A stretch of DNA of 64,000 nt, taken from contig MU058844.1 of assembly GCA_013265495.1 (NCBI GenBank), positions 3,725,895 to 3,789,894 of the forward strand, written 5' to 3'. The notes under the pieces were generated by a model. That model ran no database searches, had not been told where the DNA came from, and worked only from the letters and a program-made list of their open reading frames with translations. This document shows, in pieces, positions 36,830-50,434 of this stretch; positions within the stretch are counted from its first letter, which is position 1, and each line of letters begins with the position of its first letter. The translations under genes were made by a program, and so were the position numbers. Origin of the DNA: Vicugna vicugna. Its lineage: Eukaryota.

Positions 36830-37310
36830 ACCTCCCACGCATCCTCCTCCTACTGATGACCCAGACTCATACTTCATTGAGAAAACAGAAGTCAGTGAAA
36901 ATGAATTCATTCATCTTCCCACCACGAAACCTGCCAACTTGGTGCATCTGCATCCCGATTCTCCTTCCTCCACAATGAAGGAAGTGCTCCTCCTCCACCA
37001 AGGAGGGATATGTTTCCACTTTTGCTCTGGATTCTGTTACTTCTTGCGTTATCAAAGACTTGACTCCTCGAGTTATTCCTGCTTCCCCTCAGCAGTAACA
37101 TCTCACTGTTCATTTAATCACCCCCTTTATCATACAGGCATGCTGCAGTATTTCCCTAAGACTTTTTTTCCCCCGCATAACCATACATACTGTGTCAGTT
37201 CCTCCCTTATTTTTCTGTTCTCCTTTATAACCAAATTCCAAATACATAGCCCAACAAATTGCTTCTGCCTCCTGATCTTTCTTCTACTCTTTAACCCAGT
37301 CCAGTGTGTG
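36830..37310 (+). mobile_element. L2 LINE fragment
   Basis: 'tcatacttcattgagaaaacagaagtcagtg...tccttcctccacaatgaaggaagtgctcctcctcc...ttccacttttgctctggattc'. Confidence 0.7.
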
Positions 37311-37752
37311 GCTTCTTTCACTAAGCATGTTTGAAGATTCATCTACACTGTAGCACATTTTAATGTTTCATTCTCTTTGTGGCTAGATAGTATTTCACTG
37401 TATGTATGCACCATAATTTATCCCTTCATCACTGATGGACATTTGGGTTATTGCTACCTTTTGGCTATTTTGAAGAGTTTCAGATCCCTTTTTGATCTAT
37501 TTTCTCCTCACTTTCCAATCTAGTCCATCAGGAAATCCAGCTTATTTATGCCCAGACTCTATCTTAATCCATTTCCTTCCCACCATGCCTACTTCTGCCC
37601 TCCTATTTCAGGCCTTCAATATTTCTATTCTATGTTACTAAATACATTATCCCAATGTGTCTACCTGCTTCCTCTCTTTCATGTTCCCCATTCTTTGTCC
37701 ACCCATCAGCAGGAGCAATAACATTTAAAAAAATGAAAATCATTTTAGATAT

Positions 37753-38088
37753 TGTCTTAGTCAGTTTGAGCTGCTATACCAAAGCACCATAGATTGGGTG
37801 ACTTATAAACAATAGAAATTTATTTCTCATAGTATCGGAGGCCTGAAGTCCAAGTTTAGGGTGCCAAGTTTCTCATGAGAAACTCTTTCCTGGGTCACAC
37901 ACTGAGATATTCTCACTGTGTACTCACCCCAGAAAGTCCCTTGTATAAGAGCATTAATCCTACTCATGAGGGCTGCACCCTTATGACCTAATTACCTCCC
38001 AAAGGAGCCACTACCTAATACCATCACATTGAGAATTAGGATTTCCACATATGAATTTGGGGGAGACACAAATACTCAGTCCATTGTA
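37753..38088 (-). mobile_element. MLT1A-type MaLR solo LTR
   Basis: 'tgtcttagtcagtttgagctgctataccaaagcaccatagattgggtgacttataaacaatagaaatttatttctcatag...atgaatttgggggagacacaaatactcagtccattg'. Confidence 0.9.
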
Positions 38089-39689
38089 TGTATGTATGTG
38101 TGTGTATATATATATATATATGCATATTACATACATAACTAACTTTTACAGCATACTTTTTATGTCTTAGCTGCTGTTCTGTTTCCTATGAAATAATTCA
38201 TTTAAACCTCAAAACAGTGGAGTAGATACTATTGTTATTGCTCTTGGCAGATGAGCAAACAAGGCAATTCGCTCAAGGTCTCCCAGCTAATACATGGTTG
38301 AGCCATGATTTGAGCTTCAGTAAGTCTGTCTCATTAGCCTCTCCTCTGATTGTTACACTCGATTGTCTAAATCACGTCATGTCTTCCTCCTTCTGAAAGC
38401 TGTTCAATGGTCTCCTATTCTACTAACAACATGAGTCATGACCTAAAGGCCTTGTATGAGCTGGTCCTTGACTATTTTTCCATCCTCATCTTGCCACTCT
38501 CCCCATTACTCACTCTTCTTGGTGACTTCTTCCCTCAGGCTCTTTAACACCCTGTTTCCTCCTGCCTTTGGATCTACGCACATCCTCTTCCCTCAGCTGA
38601 AAACATTCATCCCTCATTCCATCCTTCAGGTCTCAGCTTAAATGACAACTTCTGCAGGTGCTTACTTCTGCAATAAGTACCCTTCCCTGTGATTATTCTC
38701 TCTCATTTTTTTTAAATGCTCAAAGCTACTATTTCAATTTGTAATTATTTTTTTTTCATTTGTTTGTTTGTTTGGTTTTTGCTTGTTAAAACTCTAGAAT
38801 ATAACCCTCTTTAGGTCAGGACTAGGTTTTTATTTATATGTTTGCCCTTGTCATAATTATTATACCCCCTGAATTTTTCACAGTCCCTGCTGCAGGCTGG
38901 ATTAATTCAATTCTGTATACTATGGAGGGAAAAAATGAATTGAACTACCTAGATTTTTATTTTGGTCTTTGGTGAGCTTTTTATTCCTTCCCTCTGCCTT
39001 CTCACCACTCGGCTCAGAGGAGAGAAGAAAAAGAAACTGCCCTCAGTTCCAGATGTTGCTAAATAAATGTCAAGTTTATTGCTCTGGGCAGGCATTGGTT
39101 GAATTCCTCACTTGATCCCAGGGAAGATTAAGCAGAACTTGTTCAAACAAAATACAGCCTAGCAACATCTGGTCTCTTTGCTGTGTGGTTTAAAGTGCTG
39201 GCTGGTTGGTGGCTCCTTGTTTCCCCTCCATGTCTCAGCGTTTGTTTTTTTTTTTTAAAGGAATAACACTTGGAATTATTAGAGCAGACACCTGGCACAA
39301 TGGTCAGGCAATACAGCATTACCTTATAATCAGCCCATCATGGAGATGAAAATAACGCCATGCCACAGTGTGACAATTGTAAGACTGCAAGAAGCAAGAC
39401 AATACCCAGCCTGTGATGACAACACACATTCTGCCAACACTACAGAAAATGAGTCCGCAAATTGCCTACTGCAAACTTTTCCACATGAGTCTGTTCCCAA
39501 ATACTCGCCTCAATTCTGAGAGAATGCCTCTAGGAAGATGAAGAGGGAGAGCTCTGAGAAGCATTGTGGTATGTAGCTTTCTGCTACAGATCGATCTTAA
39601 AATTATACTGCTGCTGTCCCTTAGGATAATCAGGAAAACAGAGGGCTCAGAAGTCATGACAGCTGTCTTTCATTGACTGCTAGAGGATT

Positions 39690-39880
39690 TACAGGCAATC
39701 TTAACCATCTTGCAACGTAGGAATTACTGTTTTTTCCTTCCTGTCAGATAAGGAAACTGAAGATTCAAGACGTTAGCCAATTTGTTCTTTGCGATTTGTC
39801 TAGTAAGTGGAAAAGCGAGAATTCTAATCCATATCTGAATGACTATAAAGCCACAGTGATGCCTAGATGCCACACTGCTT
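39690..39880 (-). mobile_element. MIR SINE
   Basis: 'gtcagataaggaaactgaagattcaagacgttagccaatttg...ctagtaagtggaaaagcgagaattctaatccatatctgaatgactataaagcc'. Confidence 0.75.
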
Positions 39881-42009
39881 TCAGGATTAAAAACTATTAA
39901 TTATGAATAACTTAAATACTAAATGTGTATGTTTGTAAAAGTTAAACCTCAAAAAAACAGGATACATTGCACATCATTAGCAATAGTCTCTTGTGTCTTT
40001 AAAACATTTGAGAGTTTGGCTGTTTTGATCACGATATTAATTGCGCGTATTTATTGAGGGCCTCCTCTGTCCCAGGTGCAGCGCTTCTTTAAAAACCTGA
40101 GAGGGACTTTAGGGTTATCTTCATCCTACAGAAGAGATAGCTGAGGTTGAAGAGGCTAATTAGCTCAACCAACTATAAAGCGGCAGAGGATGGGGCGTTA
40201 ACTCCCACCTAAAACCATGCTCATAACCATCATGTTAACTGGCTTTCCATGCATGAACTGTGATCATGCAGCTTTCCACCTGCTCCTTGAATTGGAGCAG
40301 ATGTTTATCTGTAGATTTTGGCAGAGTCAACACTGATGGTTCTGACTTCTCGTTACAATACCAAGAACTAATTATACATCTTCCGTAGAGCCACTGCAGT
40401 GGCATGGACAAGTTGAAGGCAGTGCAATTCTGGACAATTTACCACAATAATGGAGTATCTACTGGGCGTGATGCCTTACACAAGGAGCAATCCATTGGCA
40501 AAGAGAAAAGATGTGAGAATGATGGACTCTATTCCTAAGCAGTTTAATGAGAACACATTTTAAGTGTGAAAGACCTGGTAAATAATTAAATAGCAAGAAT
40601 TTAATTTCAAAGGAGTTGTAAGTACTGGTTCACTGTGTAAAGGTCTACTGAGTGCAAAGAAAACTACTCGAGGAGCTGGCATGTGAATTTTGATAAAGTG
40701 TCTGAAAATTCTGAGATACAGATTATTAGAGATGGAAGAAAAGTTGGAGAGGAAGCCAAGTGTAAATAAGAGCACAGATGCAGGATGTAGCAACTTGGTT
40801 GGCAAGCGATGGGCATGACTAGAACCGGAATCTGTGACAGAGCCAGCGGCGGGGAGAGCAGGTTTTGGACCAGCTGGCATGACCTCAGCGTGTTCAGACA
40901 AACTCTGTTCTTTCAGTGACCCCAGGCTTGTTCAGGCCATCTTGTTTGTCACTATCTGTCTTTGTATCATTCCTCAGACTTTCTGTATGTCTTAAGCATG
41001 AAACAATTTCCTTCTCTAGTCTCATAGAACTGACTTATACATAATCTACAGCCTTCATTGCCAGCCACTAACTATCTCCCAGGTATGCCTTCACAGGTTC
41101 AAAGGAGCCTATGCATAAAAAATTTGCTACATTTTCCCACTGATGGAAATATCACATCATATCAGCCAGACACTGTGCATCGGCACTTAAGCAATCAACA
41201 AGCTTTTACTGAATTCCTTGATGTGCAGGGTATGGGTCAAGGCCCTATTCCTAGAAATCAGGTGTTTCATAAAAAGCATGCACAATGATTCAGAAATTCC
41301 TTTTTCTTTGACATGAAAAGAGCTGAGTGAAATCTTTAGGCTTTGTTAAAAATGATAGAACTTGGAACTTTTCAGACAGTGAATATGGGTGTTAAGTGGG
41401 TTTTCAATGGTATTTGACTCATCAAATTTATCTTGCATTATTATTTTTGTCTTTAAAAGTAGAATATTTGGAATGGGGGAACACTGCCTTTATTTTTAAG
41501 AATTTTTTCAGTTTCCTGAAAATAGAAATAATGAAGGAGAGAAAAGAACAAATGGTAAAGCTTTGGATAAGTCAAGGCATGGCTACTTTCTAATGTCAAA
41601 ACAGCTGAGTATATTTCCTGTTATGATGTGCAGGGGGACAATCAGCCTAGCAAGCATGTGTAAAATTTTCAGATTCAAATCCAGCTGTACAAACTGCTAT
41701 TGTAACAAGTAGTTCACCCTTAAACTACCCCCGCCATCTCGATCACTGACCCCCATCAATTTGTGCCATGATTAAGAGCAAGCTTCTGCCTGGGTTCAAA
41801 TCCCAGCTCTGCTATTCACTAAGATATCTCATAGGGTTGTTACGAGGATTGAATAAATCAATATGCATAAAAGCTGCACAATGTAAACACTAATGTTAAC
41901 TGATAGCACTCATAAAATAAAAATAAAGGAAAATGAACTTGTTACTCAGTTCTGTGACTATAATAACACTAACATTTTCTTCATAATACTGATACTATTT
42001 GAGATGAAA

Positions 42010-42220
42010 GTTACAATCTGTCAAGCATTGTGCCTATTTTACAACTCATTTAATCCTCACAAGGAAGCCTTCCATGAAGTGGTGTCATTACTGTTTCCCT
42101 GATTTTACAGTTGGGGAGTCAAGTGATTTGCCTAGGATCACACAGGTGGAACTTGGTAGAGCAGAATTTGACACCGAGACAGTAAGATTTCAGAACTTAC
42201 TTTTAGTCACTCTGCTACAC
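42010..42220 (-). mobile_element. MIR SINE
   Basis: 'actcatttaatcctcacaag...gattttacagttggggagtcaagtgatttgcctaggatcacacag'. Confidence 0.8.
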
Positions 42221-43829
42221 TGTCTCTGCATAATTGTTCCTAGTTGTGAAGCCAGTTCCTAAAATCCCATTAGTTTCTATCTTCTCTAGAAACAAATTGG
42301 AATTTTCTCCTTCCTTCTGTCTTCTCCAGATAGCCTCAGAACCCAGGACAACTAACTTCCTCTGTAACGTAATCATATACTTCCATTGGGCTGAGATAAC
42401 TTTGGTTGGTTTTTGCTGGAAATCACATTCCAAAGATACCCAATAACTTTACCTTTTTCTAGAGATTCAAATTCAATATGCATTGTCCTTTTATAATATT
42501 CTAGAACGTTCACATACAGCCATGTGGTAGGTCCCATTATTTCCATCTTACAGATGAAAACCCGAGGCTCAGAAAAACTAACTTTCCCAAAGTCTCACAA
42601 TGATTATCAGAAAGCTCTTGATTTCTGGTCTACTGTTCCTCTCATTAGAGGTGTGACTGATTTAGAATCAGGATTTTTTTTTTTCCTTACCAGGCATCCT
42701 CTGGGGTGTCTGGATCACCCTCTTTCATAGCAACACAATTATAAAGATGAATTTTGAATTGAAAACCCCCTTGGGTTTGTTTGAAAGAATAAAGGCCATG
42801 CTTAGCTTCTATTTTGCCGTGCATCTTTGAGAAGGAAACGGTTTACTACAAGCGCTTGGGCTTGTATAATTTACATGCATACTGTGAAATGACCTTTGAG
42901 TTCATGTTCTTGGACTGTGTTTCCCACCTCCTTGCAGGGTGATGAAACTGGACAGCTGCTTCCTGGGGCTAAGGTGAAGATGCAGACAGTATGCAGCCCC
43001 TTCCAACCACTGGAGAGGAGTTCTACCATAGGACCAAAAGACCCCTCAGCCTTCTGTTCCATGGATGGCTTCTCAATGATATGTTTGCACATTCTTTTCC
43101 TGCTTGGTAATTAGCACCAGCTGTCTCAACTTAAAAGGAAGGAATCCCTTTGAAATCCTCCCTATCCTCCGTGAAATGTGCTACTGAAACGTGCTAATTA
43201 GTAACTGGACTTAGGACAACACAGACATGTGTTTCCTGTGAGTACTTTGCAAGGGAGAGGAGGAGGAATAGGAACATCTGTTTAGTCGCATATGTGTGTG
43301 TATGCTTTTCTAATTTTCAAGATGACATTTTTAATGAAAATCTATCTGCTCAAATGTGATTGGTAGCCAGTAGCTAAGATCCAGACACCCCATGCATTGC
43401 TTTTTCTCCCTTCTTTTGTATTCCCTGTTCAAGGTTGTCAGTATTCCTGTGTGCAGAGAGCAGGGCCAGTGGAGGCTTCCCTCTCTGCCTCAGGAAATTG
43501 ACTGCCCTGTCAGCATCCTTTCACTCTTCACCAGAGTATCAGGAATCATGGGGCTCTAGGGAAATGAAAAAATAACTCCTCTTCCTTTGGGGACCACTGT
43601 CCCAGAGTAAGCTGATAGCCAAGTGGGTCTGTCACAATTAGCCTTTCCCGGAATTTGAGGAGAAAGCTTAGAAACATAATGTAGCATTGTGTTAAATGCA
43701 CTTTGCTAAAAATGCAGAAGCCACTGGTTGGCCAGTTTAAACTATGGTTGAAAATCTGTATCTTCACAAATAATTCTGAGCAGCAAGTTCCAGAGTTTCA
43801 AACTGCCTTGCTGGTCTGGGGGCAAGAGC

Positions 43830-44270
43830 TGCTCATGGCATAGATGGGAAGTTTTTTGGTTCTATGGGAGCCTTTGGGGATTTATTGACAGGATGAAGGG
43901 AGCTCACAGGAGGCTTGGGGAAAGTGTGGGCAGCATCTTCTATCTACAAGGTCATTGTCTTGGAGCAATCTGGTCAAGAACCTACCCTAGCATTCCTGCT
44001 ACCATCACAGCAGTAATTCTCGACACCCCAGAGGCTGCTGCTGCAACAATCTGCACCCCAGCTCTTATCAGTCTTGACTCATTTTCAAGTCTTGGGGTGA
44101 GTGCTTGATAGGTTGAAGTTAAATCACATCATTACCACCTGGTTCTAAGGTGAGATGGGGACAATCATCCAAAGTTCCGCCCTGTTGATGGAAATTCAGT
44201 TGGAGTTGTTTTTTTCTTTCCCCCAAATCACATATGGTGGTGGAAGGATAATTCCCCATGAGGAAGTTAG
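43830..44270 (-). mobile_element. Old MaLR LTR (MLT1K/L-like)
   Basis: 'gggatttattgacaggatgaaggggagctcacagg...gagtgcttgataggttgaagttaaatcacatc'. Confidence 0.5.
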
Positions 44271-45099
44271 GTTATTTTTGGCAATAAAATTTGATAAGAA
44301 CTACTGAAGGAGGATTCTGTTTGTCAATGTCCATCAACTGTGGTTAGATGCAGTCTTGTGTGGCCAATGCTATGAGAGACCTGCCCTGTTAATCTGAAGC
44401 CCCACCCAGCACCACTGGCCTTGCTCTGGGGAGTCAATCAAGAACAGGGAGTCCCCTGCTGCACTCCAGGGGTGAAGCAAGCCTCATTCCAAGGACTCTG
44501 TATCTTTTATGTGCATTAGGTCTATGTTAGTTCTTTGATTTACCTACCTGGCTCTGATCCTTGCCCTTGACTCATTCCCAGACATCCTGTCCTTGACGTC
44601 TGTGGGATCTTGGGCTTTGTCTTGATTGCCTGGCCTCTCTGAATATGTGATTTCAAGCTCTCTCCAACTGAGTAGGTCAGGTAAGACCATCAGATTGCTG
44701 TATTTTTTCTCCCATATGTTTGTTCTTCTAACTACACCACACTTTCCTATTTGGACTCCTATAGCCATAACACATTGCCATTCTTTTTCTTTCCTGCTGC
44801 TGGATAGAGGCAAAGTGAAGAGGCAAGAATAAAAACATCATCGTGTGTTTCCTTTGGAGACAGAGCAGATTGACCCGTGTGATGTGAGTGCTCCAAACCC
44901 CATGCTGGCTTACTCTCCAGCTTAAACTCTGCAATGATCTCTGCAGCCTTCCAAATTAACTTCAAGTCACTAGGCAGGCAAAACATCCCTGAGCTATTTG
45001 CTTCCCATTCCAGGACTGAGCTTTGCCAACCTACTTTTAGTTTCCCAGGCAACCTCTGCTCTCTCTCATCTTCATCCCTCACACACAGGAAGTTTACCT

Positions 45100-45720
45100 C
45101 TAACATTTGTAGGGCCCAGAACTTGAGTACAGATGGAGGTCACAGGCCATATTTCTAAATTCTTCAAATGGGTAGGTTAAGCTACCACCACGTTACATAA
45201 AATGTGTTCTATCCTTCACCTTTGACAAAAATGCCTTTATAACTACCTAGAAAGCTACGTTTAGATTTTGAATTCTCGGACTCCTCAGAGTTCCACATCA
45301 GAATGGCACAGAGCAGGAGAGCACTCAGCACCCAGTCCACCAGCCTTCTTTTCCCACCTTGATCTGTCCTACACGACATGTTTTGCACGTGAGTGTTTGG
45401 ACAACCCAGCCTGCACAACCAGGTGCCGTCCACACCCCCTGCAAATGACCATTCCCTAGCAATGAGCACATAAGCAAATTTGGCCCTCTCTTAGGAGGAC
45501 AGAAGCCACACAGGTTCTGCAAGGGGGCCTGGAGCCACTGGGGCAAGGACTTCTGGGGTCCTGGTTTCTAGAGCATTGTCTAGAATGGAAAGTGTGGGAA
45601 TGGGTTCTGGGTGGGCAGTAGCCCTTGGGCCTGCAGACTCTGTAAGCACAGGAAGGGACTGAGCTGGAGGAGCACTAGAGCACCAGGTCCCAGTGCTGGG
45701 TCCGAGGGTGATGCTGGTAC
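45100..45720. mobile_element. Ancient DNA transposon, hAT-Tip100-like (family uncertain)
   Basis: 'gggcccagaacttgagtacagatggaggtcacaggccatatttctaaat...gaattctcggactcctcagagttccac'. Its distal half is homologous to 57597-57973. Confidence 0.55.
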
Positions 45721-47149
45721 ACATTTTTCCGTTCTGCCTAGGATGCTCTTTCCTCTACTTTGTCTAATTGACCCATATTCACCTCTCAGGTGTCCTCATA
45801 TTCCTCCTACTTCCTCTAAGAGAAGTCTTCTTAATTCTCCAAGGGTAGGGTTCATGTTTCAACTAAACTGACTGAAACACTCACCATGTGACTCTGAGTA
45901 AGTGATTCAACCTATCAGCACCTCAGTTTACTTGCAAGAATATCATATGGGTGAAAGAGTTACTGCATGTAGAATTTTAGAACAGTGCTTGATAGAAAGT
46001 AAATGTAAACTCTTTTAATGATTATTACACAAACACAGCACACTGTACTTACTCCTATAGGACTACTTCACACTGCTTTGTCACTATGTGTTTTCTCACA
46101 CCTCTCTTCCAGCAGATAATGTGCTTCTTGCAAACAAAAAATTAATTTTATCTAATGTTGTATTCCTAACACAAAACCCAATATATGTAACATAGTAGGT
46201 ATTCTACAAAGGTGTATCCAGTAGATGAACTGCCCTGAGGGGAGTTGGAATTTTCAGCTTGAAGTGTTCATGCTACAGTCCATGAGCACCAATAGGAAAA
46301 TCCCTGGAAGGCTGAACTCAGCTTCTCAGATTCTTCTGACTCTAGGCTCTTAGAAGATTAGATGCAGACGGTAGGAAGGAGCTAGAACTGTGTCAATGAG
46401 TGGCATAGAGAAGAAATATTTAAGTGGCAGTCCTACCCAGGGATTAAATATGATCGTACAAGACATTAATCTCATGTCCTGGTAAAGATTTACCATCCAA
46501 AACATTACAGCACATGTAATATTGTATTTGTCCTCACATGAGCCAAAGGATCCATCAAGCATTCCTCCCAGGGCTTTGAAACCACATGTTTCTGGGCATC
46601 TATGATCTGAGGAGTATGTCTCTGTTTTCTTTAATTGGATCTGTTTATTCTGATGACTTGCAGATAAGCAAAGCTCAGGAAATACGGTCAGGAGAAAGTC
46701 TTTAATGATGTTTGCTTGATTACAATTATGAAACTGCTTTGCAGAGCCTTCCCCATCATTTACTCAAGTGGTTGCTAAGTAATTTCCGATCCAGTCCCAC
46801 AATTAGAATGAATGGGGCTGGCTGCTGGTTGGTCATGAAACTGCTCTGTTCATCATTCATTCATTCACTAGGGGTTGTCCTGAACTGTAATTGGATGTAG
46901 CAGAATACTTTGCACAGTGCCCCAAAACAAAAAAAAATGAAGAAAAATTGAAAGCCCTAATTGAACTAACTTTTCGCTTCTTTTAAAGTCCTTTTTACTC
47001 ATGTAGCCATTGCATATAATAATAGTATACTTTTTTTAATGTTTAAAGCATGGCAAATAGGACTTCTCAAATTTAATCAGAATAAAAACTGAGCATCTAA
47101 AGACAGTATGAAATTTTCTATCAGATCATTATAATTTATAATAATTATT

Positions 47150-47390
47150 TTTATTATGACAAACACCTATACAGTGCTTGTAATGTGCTAGGCACTGAGT
47201 ACTTTGTGTATATTAACACATTTAATTCTTACAAAGATCCTAAGAGGTCTGAACTATCCTTGTTCTTACTCTACAAATGAGAAGACTGAGGCATGGAGAG
47301 TTAGGTATTTTGACTAAGGTTATACAATAAGTGGCAAGGCCAGGAACCCAGCCCACCTGTTTCTAGAGTCTGGTCACTTCACAATTATGC
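47150..47390 (-). mobile_element. MIR SINE (near full length)
   Basis: 'cagtgcttgtaatgtgctaggcactg...tttaattcttacaaagatcctaagagg...tacaaatgagaagactgaggcatggagagttagg'. Confidence 0.85.
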
Positions 47391-48160
47391 TCTGTGGTGT
47401 AAAAAAATACTTAAAGGCATTTTTCACCTAGAGAGGCCTTATCCAGTAAAAATAAAGAGGATAATATTAATACAGACATCATTGTACTCATTTTCAGTTT
47501 CATGGATATTTTTTTATTTCTGAGCAACTTGGTCTTGCTATGATAGAATACATAATATACTGATGCATTATATGGCTGGTTGTGGTACGGGTTAGTGAGT
47601 TTTCGCTAATGGAATTATACCTTAATACGTTGAGCATCTGACATTTTGGCTTCTCTGTTTTGGAACTGACTTTCCCAAATGAAGACTTTTCTGAATGAAA
47701 TGAAACTGAAGTTGAATGAAGTGCTGGGGTGGGGAGTGGTGCGGCGGTGTGCTCTCCACCCTGGAATCCATGTACTCTGACATGGAGGTCTTGTTGCCAT
47801 GGAAATGTCATGTTGTCATGTTTCAGTGCTGGCATGGTAAGATTTTGATTCTGCGTTTACCCTACATTCTTCCTTTCCTTAGATTCCCCACTTCCTGGAT
47901 AACATTCCCTCTTGGATCTGGTCTTATCACAAGTTAATGATAACCAGTTGTTACAGACAGAAAAAAAAAAAGTTCAGCATCCAGTAAATCTTTCTAGAAC
48001 CTGATAAAAGGAAAAAGTGGTGTTCCCACTACTTCGCTTGACCTTTTAAAAGGGTGCCTCACAAGGTTTTTAGAGGCTTTTTCTGTTATAGATTATAATT
48101 ACTCTTGTGTCTGGCTTGAGGGGTGGCAGTAGTGGAGAGAGAGAAGAGAGCGACAAGACA

Positions 48161-48362
48161 GGGACATGGTATCAAGAGGTACAAACTGCTATGTATAAAA
48201 TAAATAAGCTACAAGGATATATGGTACAGCACGGGGAATATAGCCAATATTTTATAATAATTGTAAATGGAATATAACCTTTAAAAATTGTGAATCATTA
48301 GGTTGTACACCTGAAATTTACATAATACTGTACATCAACTATACCTCCATAAAAAAGAAAAA
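48161..48362 (+). mobile_element. L1 3' end (L1MA9-like)
   Basis: 'aagaggtacaaactgctatgtataaaataaataagctacaaggatatatggtacagcacggggaatatagccaatattttataataa...catcaactatacctccataaaaaag'. Confidence 0.88.
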
Positions 48363-49769
48363 TACAATTAACCAGTAGAGGCAGATTTCAAACCCAGATA
48401 GTCTGTTATCAGACCTCTGTAGTTAACCACTGTTCTACACAGACTTCTAAAGCCTGATGTTTTCTAGGGTGATACTTAAACATTTCTGAATCCTTGATCC
48501 CTATTCTTAATTACTGGATTTGACAGGATCTTTTAGCTCTTCAGCTCTGTGTCAAAATACACGGCATTTTTGTTTATCTATGCTTGTATGTGTGCATGGG
48601 TGTGTAAGTCAAAGAAAATTAAAACTATTTTTGCCTAGAATTTCACAATCTCTTTAGAGGTAAGTATGAACAGCTTGGGATACTACAAGAACACGTTTAG
48701 GACTCACTTGTGCAATATTTGTATCCACACTTCTGTTAATCTTTAGCTGAAAGGAGAAACAGCTGGGGACTCTGTTCTTTAAAATAATTCTTTAATCTTT
48801 TCTTCCTAAAGTTTTTTACAACCTTTCTTTTTTTTTTTCCTCAGTGCCTCTATTCTAACCCTGAATGTGTGAAATTGAGAAATATTGAAGTATTTTGTGA
48901 TGTCATAATATTATTTCAGTCCTTCAGGTTTGTCCTTATGTATTATATTTAGGACAATAATCATTAATGCGTTGGTTTGTATTTGGCTCAGGTTCAGCAC
49001 AATAATGCTATTTATTCCAACTTGGAGTTCATAGTTAGGTTCCACTTCCTGCTTAGCTTTTGCTCAATTCCTGGTCAGTAAGATTATATATATATGATAT
49101 GACTTAACTCATAGTATAACCAAATCTTCATCAAAGGTAATTTTACCAATATAGTCATAAAATATTATCATAATAGCATCATAATAGTCTCATACTCATC
49201 ACAATACCACCAGAGGTTATTTATTACATTTCCATTTAACATAGGACATTGAATTAAATTACTACCATACTTCACAGTTTGGGGCTGAGGACAGAGTGAA
49301 ATGCTTGAATCCAGTCTTTTAAACTGTGTGCCTATTGAGGTGCTTAATAAATATATCCTGGGTAGTTTTTATCTTAGGGGCCAGGAAGAATTTAGAATTT
49401 TATTAAGATTTACACGACTGAAAACCGAGTCTGGCATCTAAAAGCTGCATGACTGATGGTGTTTCTCTACCCTCTAGTGGTCTAATCCAGAACTGAGATA
49501 ATCAACACAAGACTCTCCAAGGAAAATTGCCTGAGAATTCTGGGGTCTGGAAAGCAGCACCTGCATGTACTCGGCCATAAATTCTAAAAGGCAACAGTAA
49601 GAAGACATTTAAGGCCAGGCCTAGAGTGGCGCAATGTGAGTGTGAATTTTTATTACTAAGCTGATTTTACAGGAATGACAGAAGGAGTGGTGGTAGCTTA
49701 AAAAAAAAAAAGTCCCCCTTTAAATTTCTTACTTCTTCTGAAATACTGGAGTTTGTAGTAGGTTGAAAC

Positions 49770-49992
49770 AAATGTTCTCTCTCTCTGAGGGTTTCACCTC
49801 AGTGACATTATTGACATCTTGGTCGATAATTCTTTGTTGGGAAGGGGCCCTCTGCATTGTAAGATGTTTGCCACATCCCTGATTTCTTACCTACTAGATA
49901 CTAGTAGCATCCCAGCTGTGATAACTAAAATCATCCTCAGCATTGCCAAATGTCTCTTGGGGGAAAAATTTCCCCTGATTGAGAATCATCTT
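49770..49992. mobile_element. MER20-like hAT-Charlie MITE
   Basis: 'cattattgacatcttggtcgataattctttgttgggaagg...tgcattgtaagatgtttgcc...cattgccaaatgtctcttgggggaaaaatttcccctgattgagaatca'. Confidence 0.85.
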
Positions 49993-50044
49993 ATCAATTC
50001 TTGTTAGATAAGTTGGAAATAATTTGCCAATCAAAATACATATT

Positions 50045-50270
50045 TCATTGAATACTTAGCACGACTCAGGCCATGTACCTGTATTACTTAATTTAGTCCT
50101 TATTAGAATCCTTAGAAATCAGTCCTGTTATTGTCTCCATTTTACAGAAGAGGAAAGTAAGACTCTGAGGAGCTGAGTAACTTTCATGACGTCACATAGG
50201 CAAGTTGGTAAAGCCAACATTAAAATCCAGGTCCTCTGGCTCTGGAATCTGCATTTGTAAACATTCTACT
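50045..50270 (-). mobile_element. MIR SINE
   Basis: 'gttattgtctccattttacagaagaggaaagtaagactctgaggagctgagtaactttcatgacgtcacatag'. Confidence 0.85.
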
Positions 50271-50434
50271 ATAAAATCATAACTCCTTATTAAGCCCCCA
50301 GTAGAGTGAAAAACAGAAACACTGATTTATTAAGTAATAATGCATAGCTGCCAATTTAAGATAATTTCCTGAAATCGACAAAACAGAAAGTAAAGATAGT
50401 CATCCTCTAACATTGTCAGAGGAAGATTTATTTT

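Noticed and set aside
40385..40563. Short open frames after an AG, as a possible coding exon
   Set aside because: The translations resemble nothing I recognise, the splice signals are weak, and no partner exons are visible.
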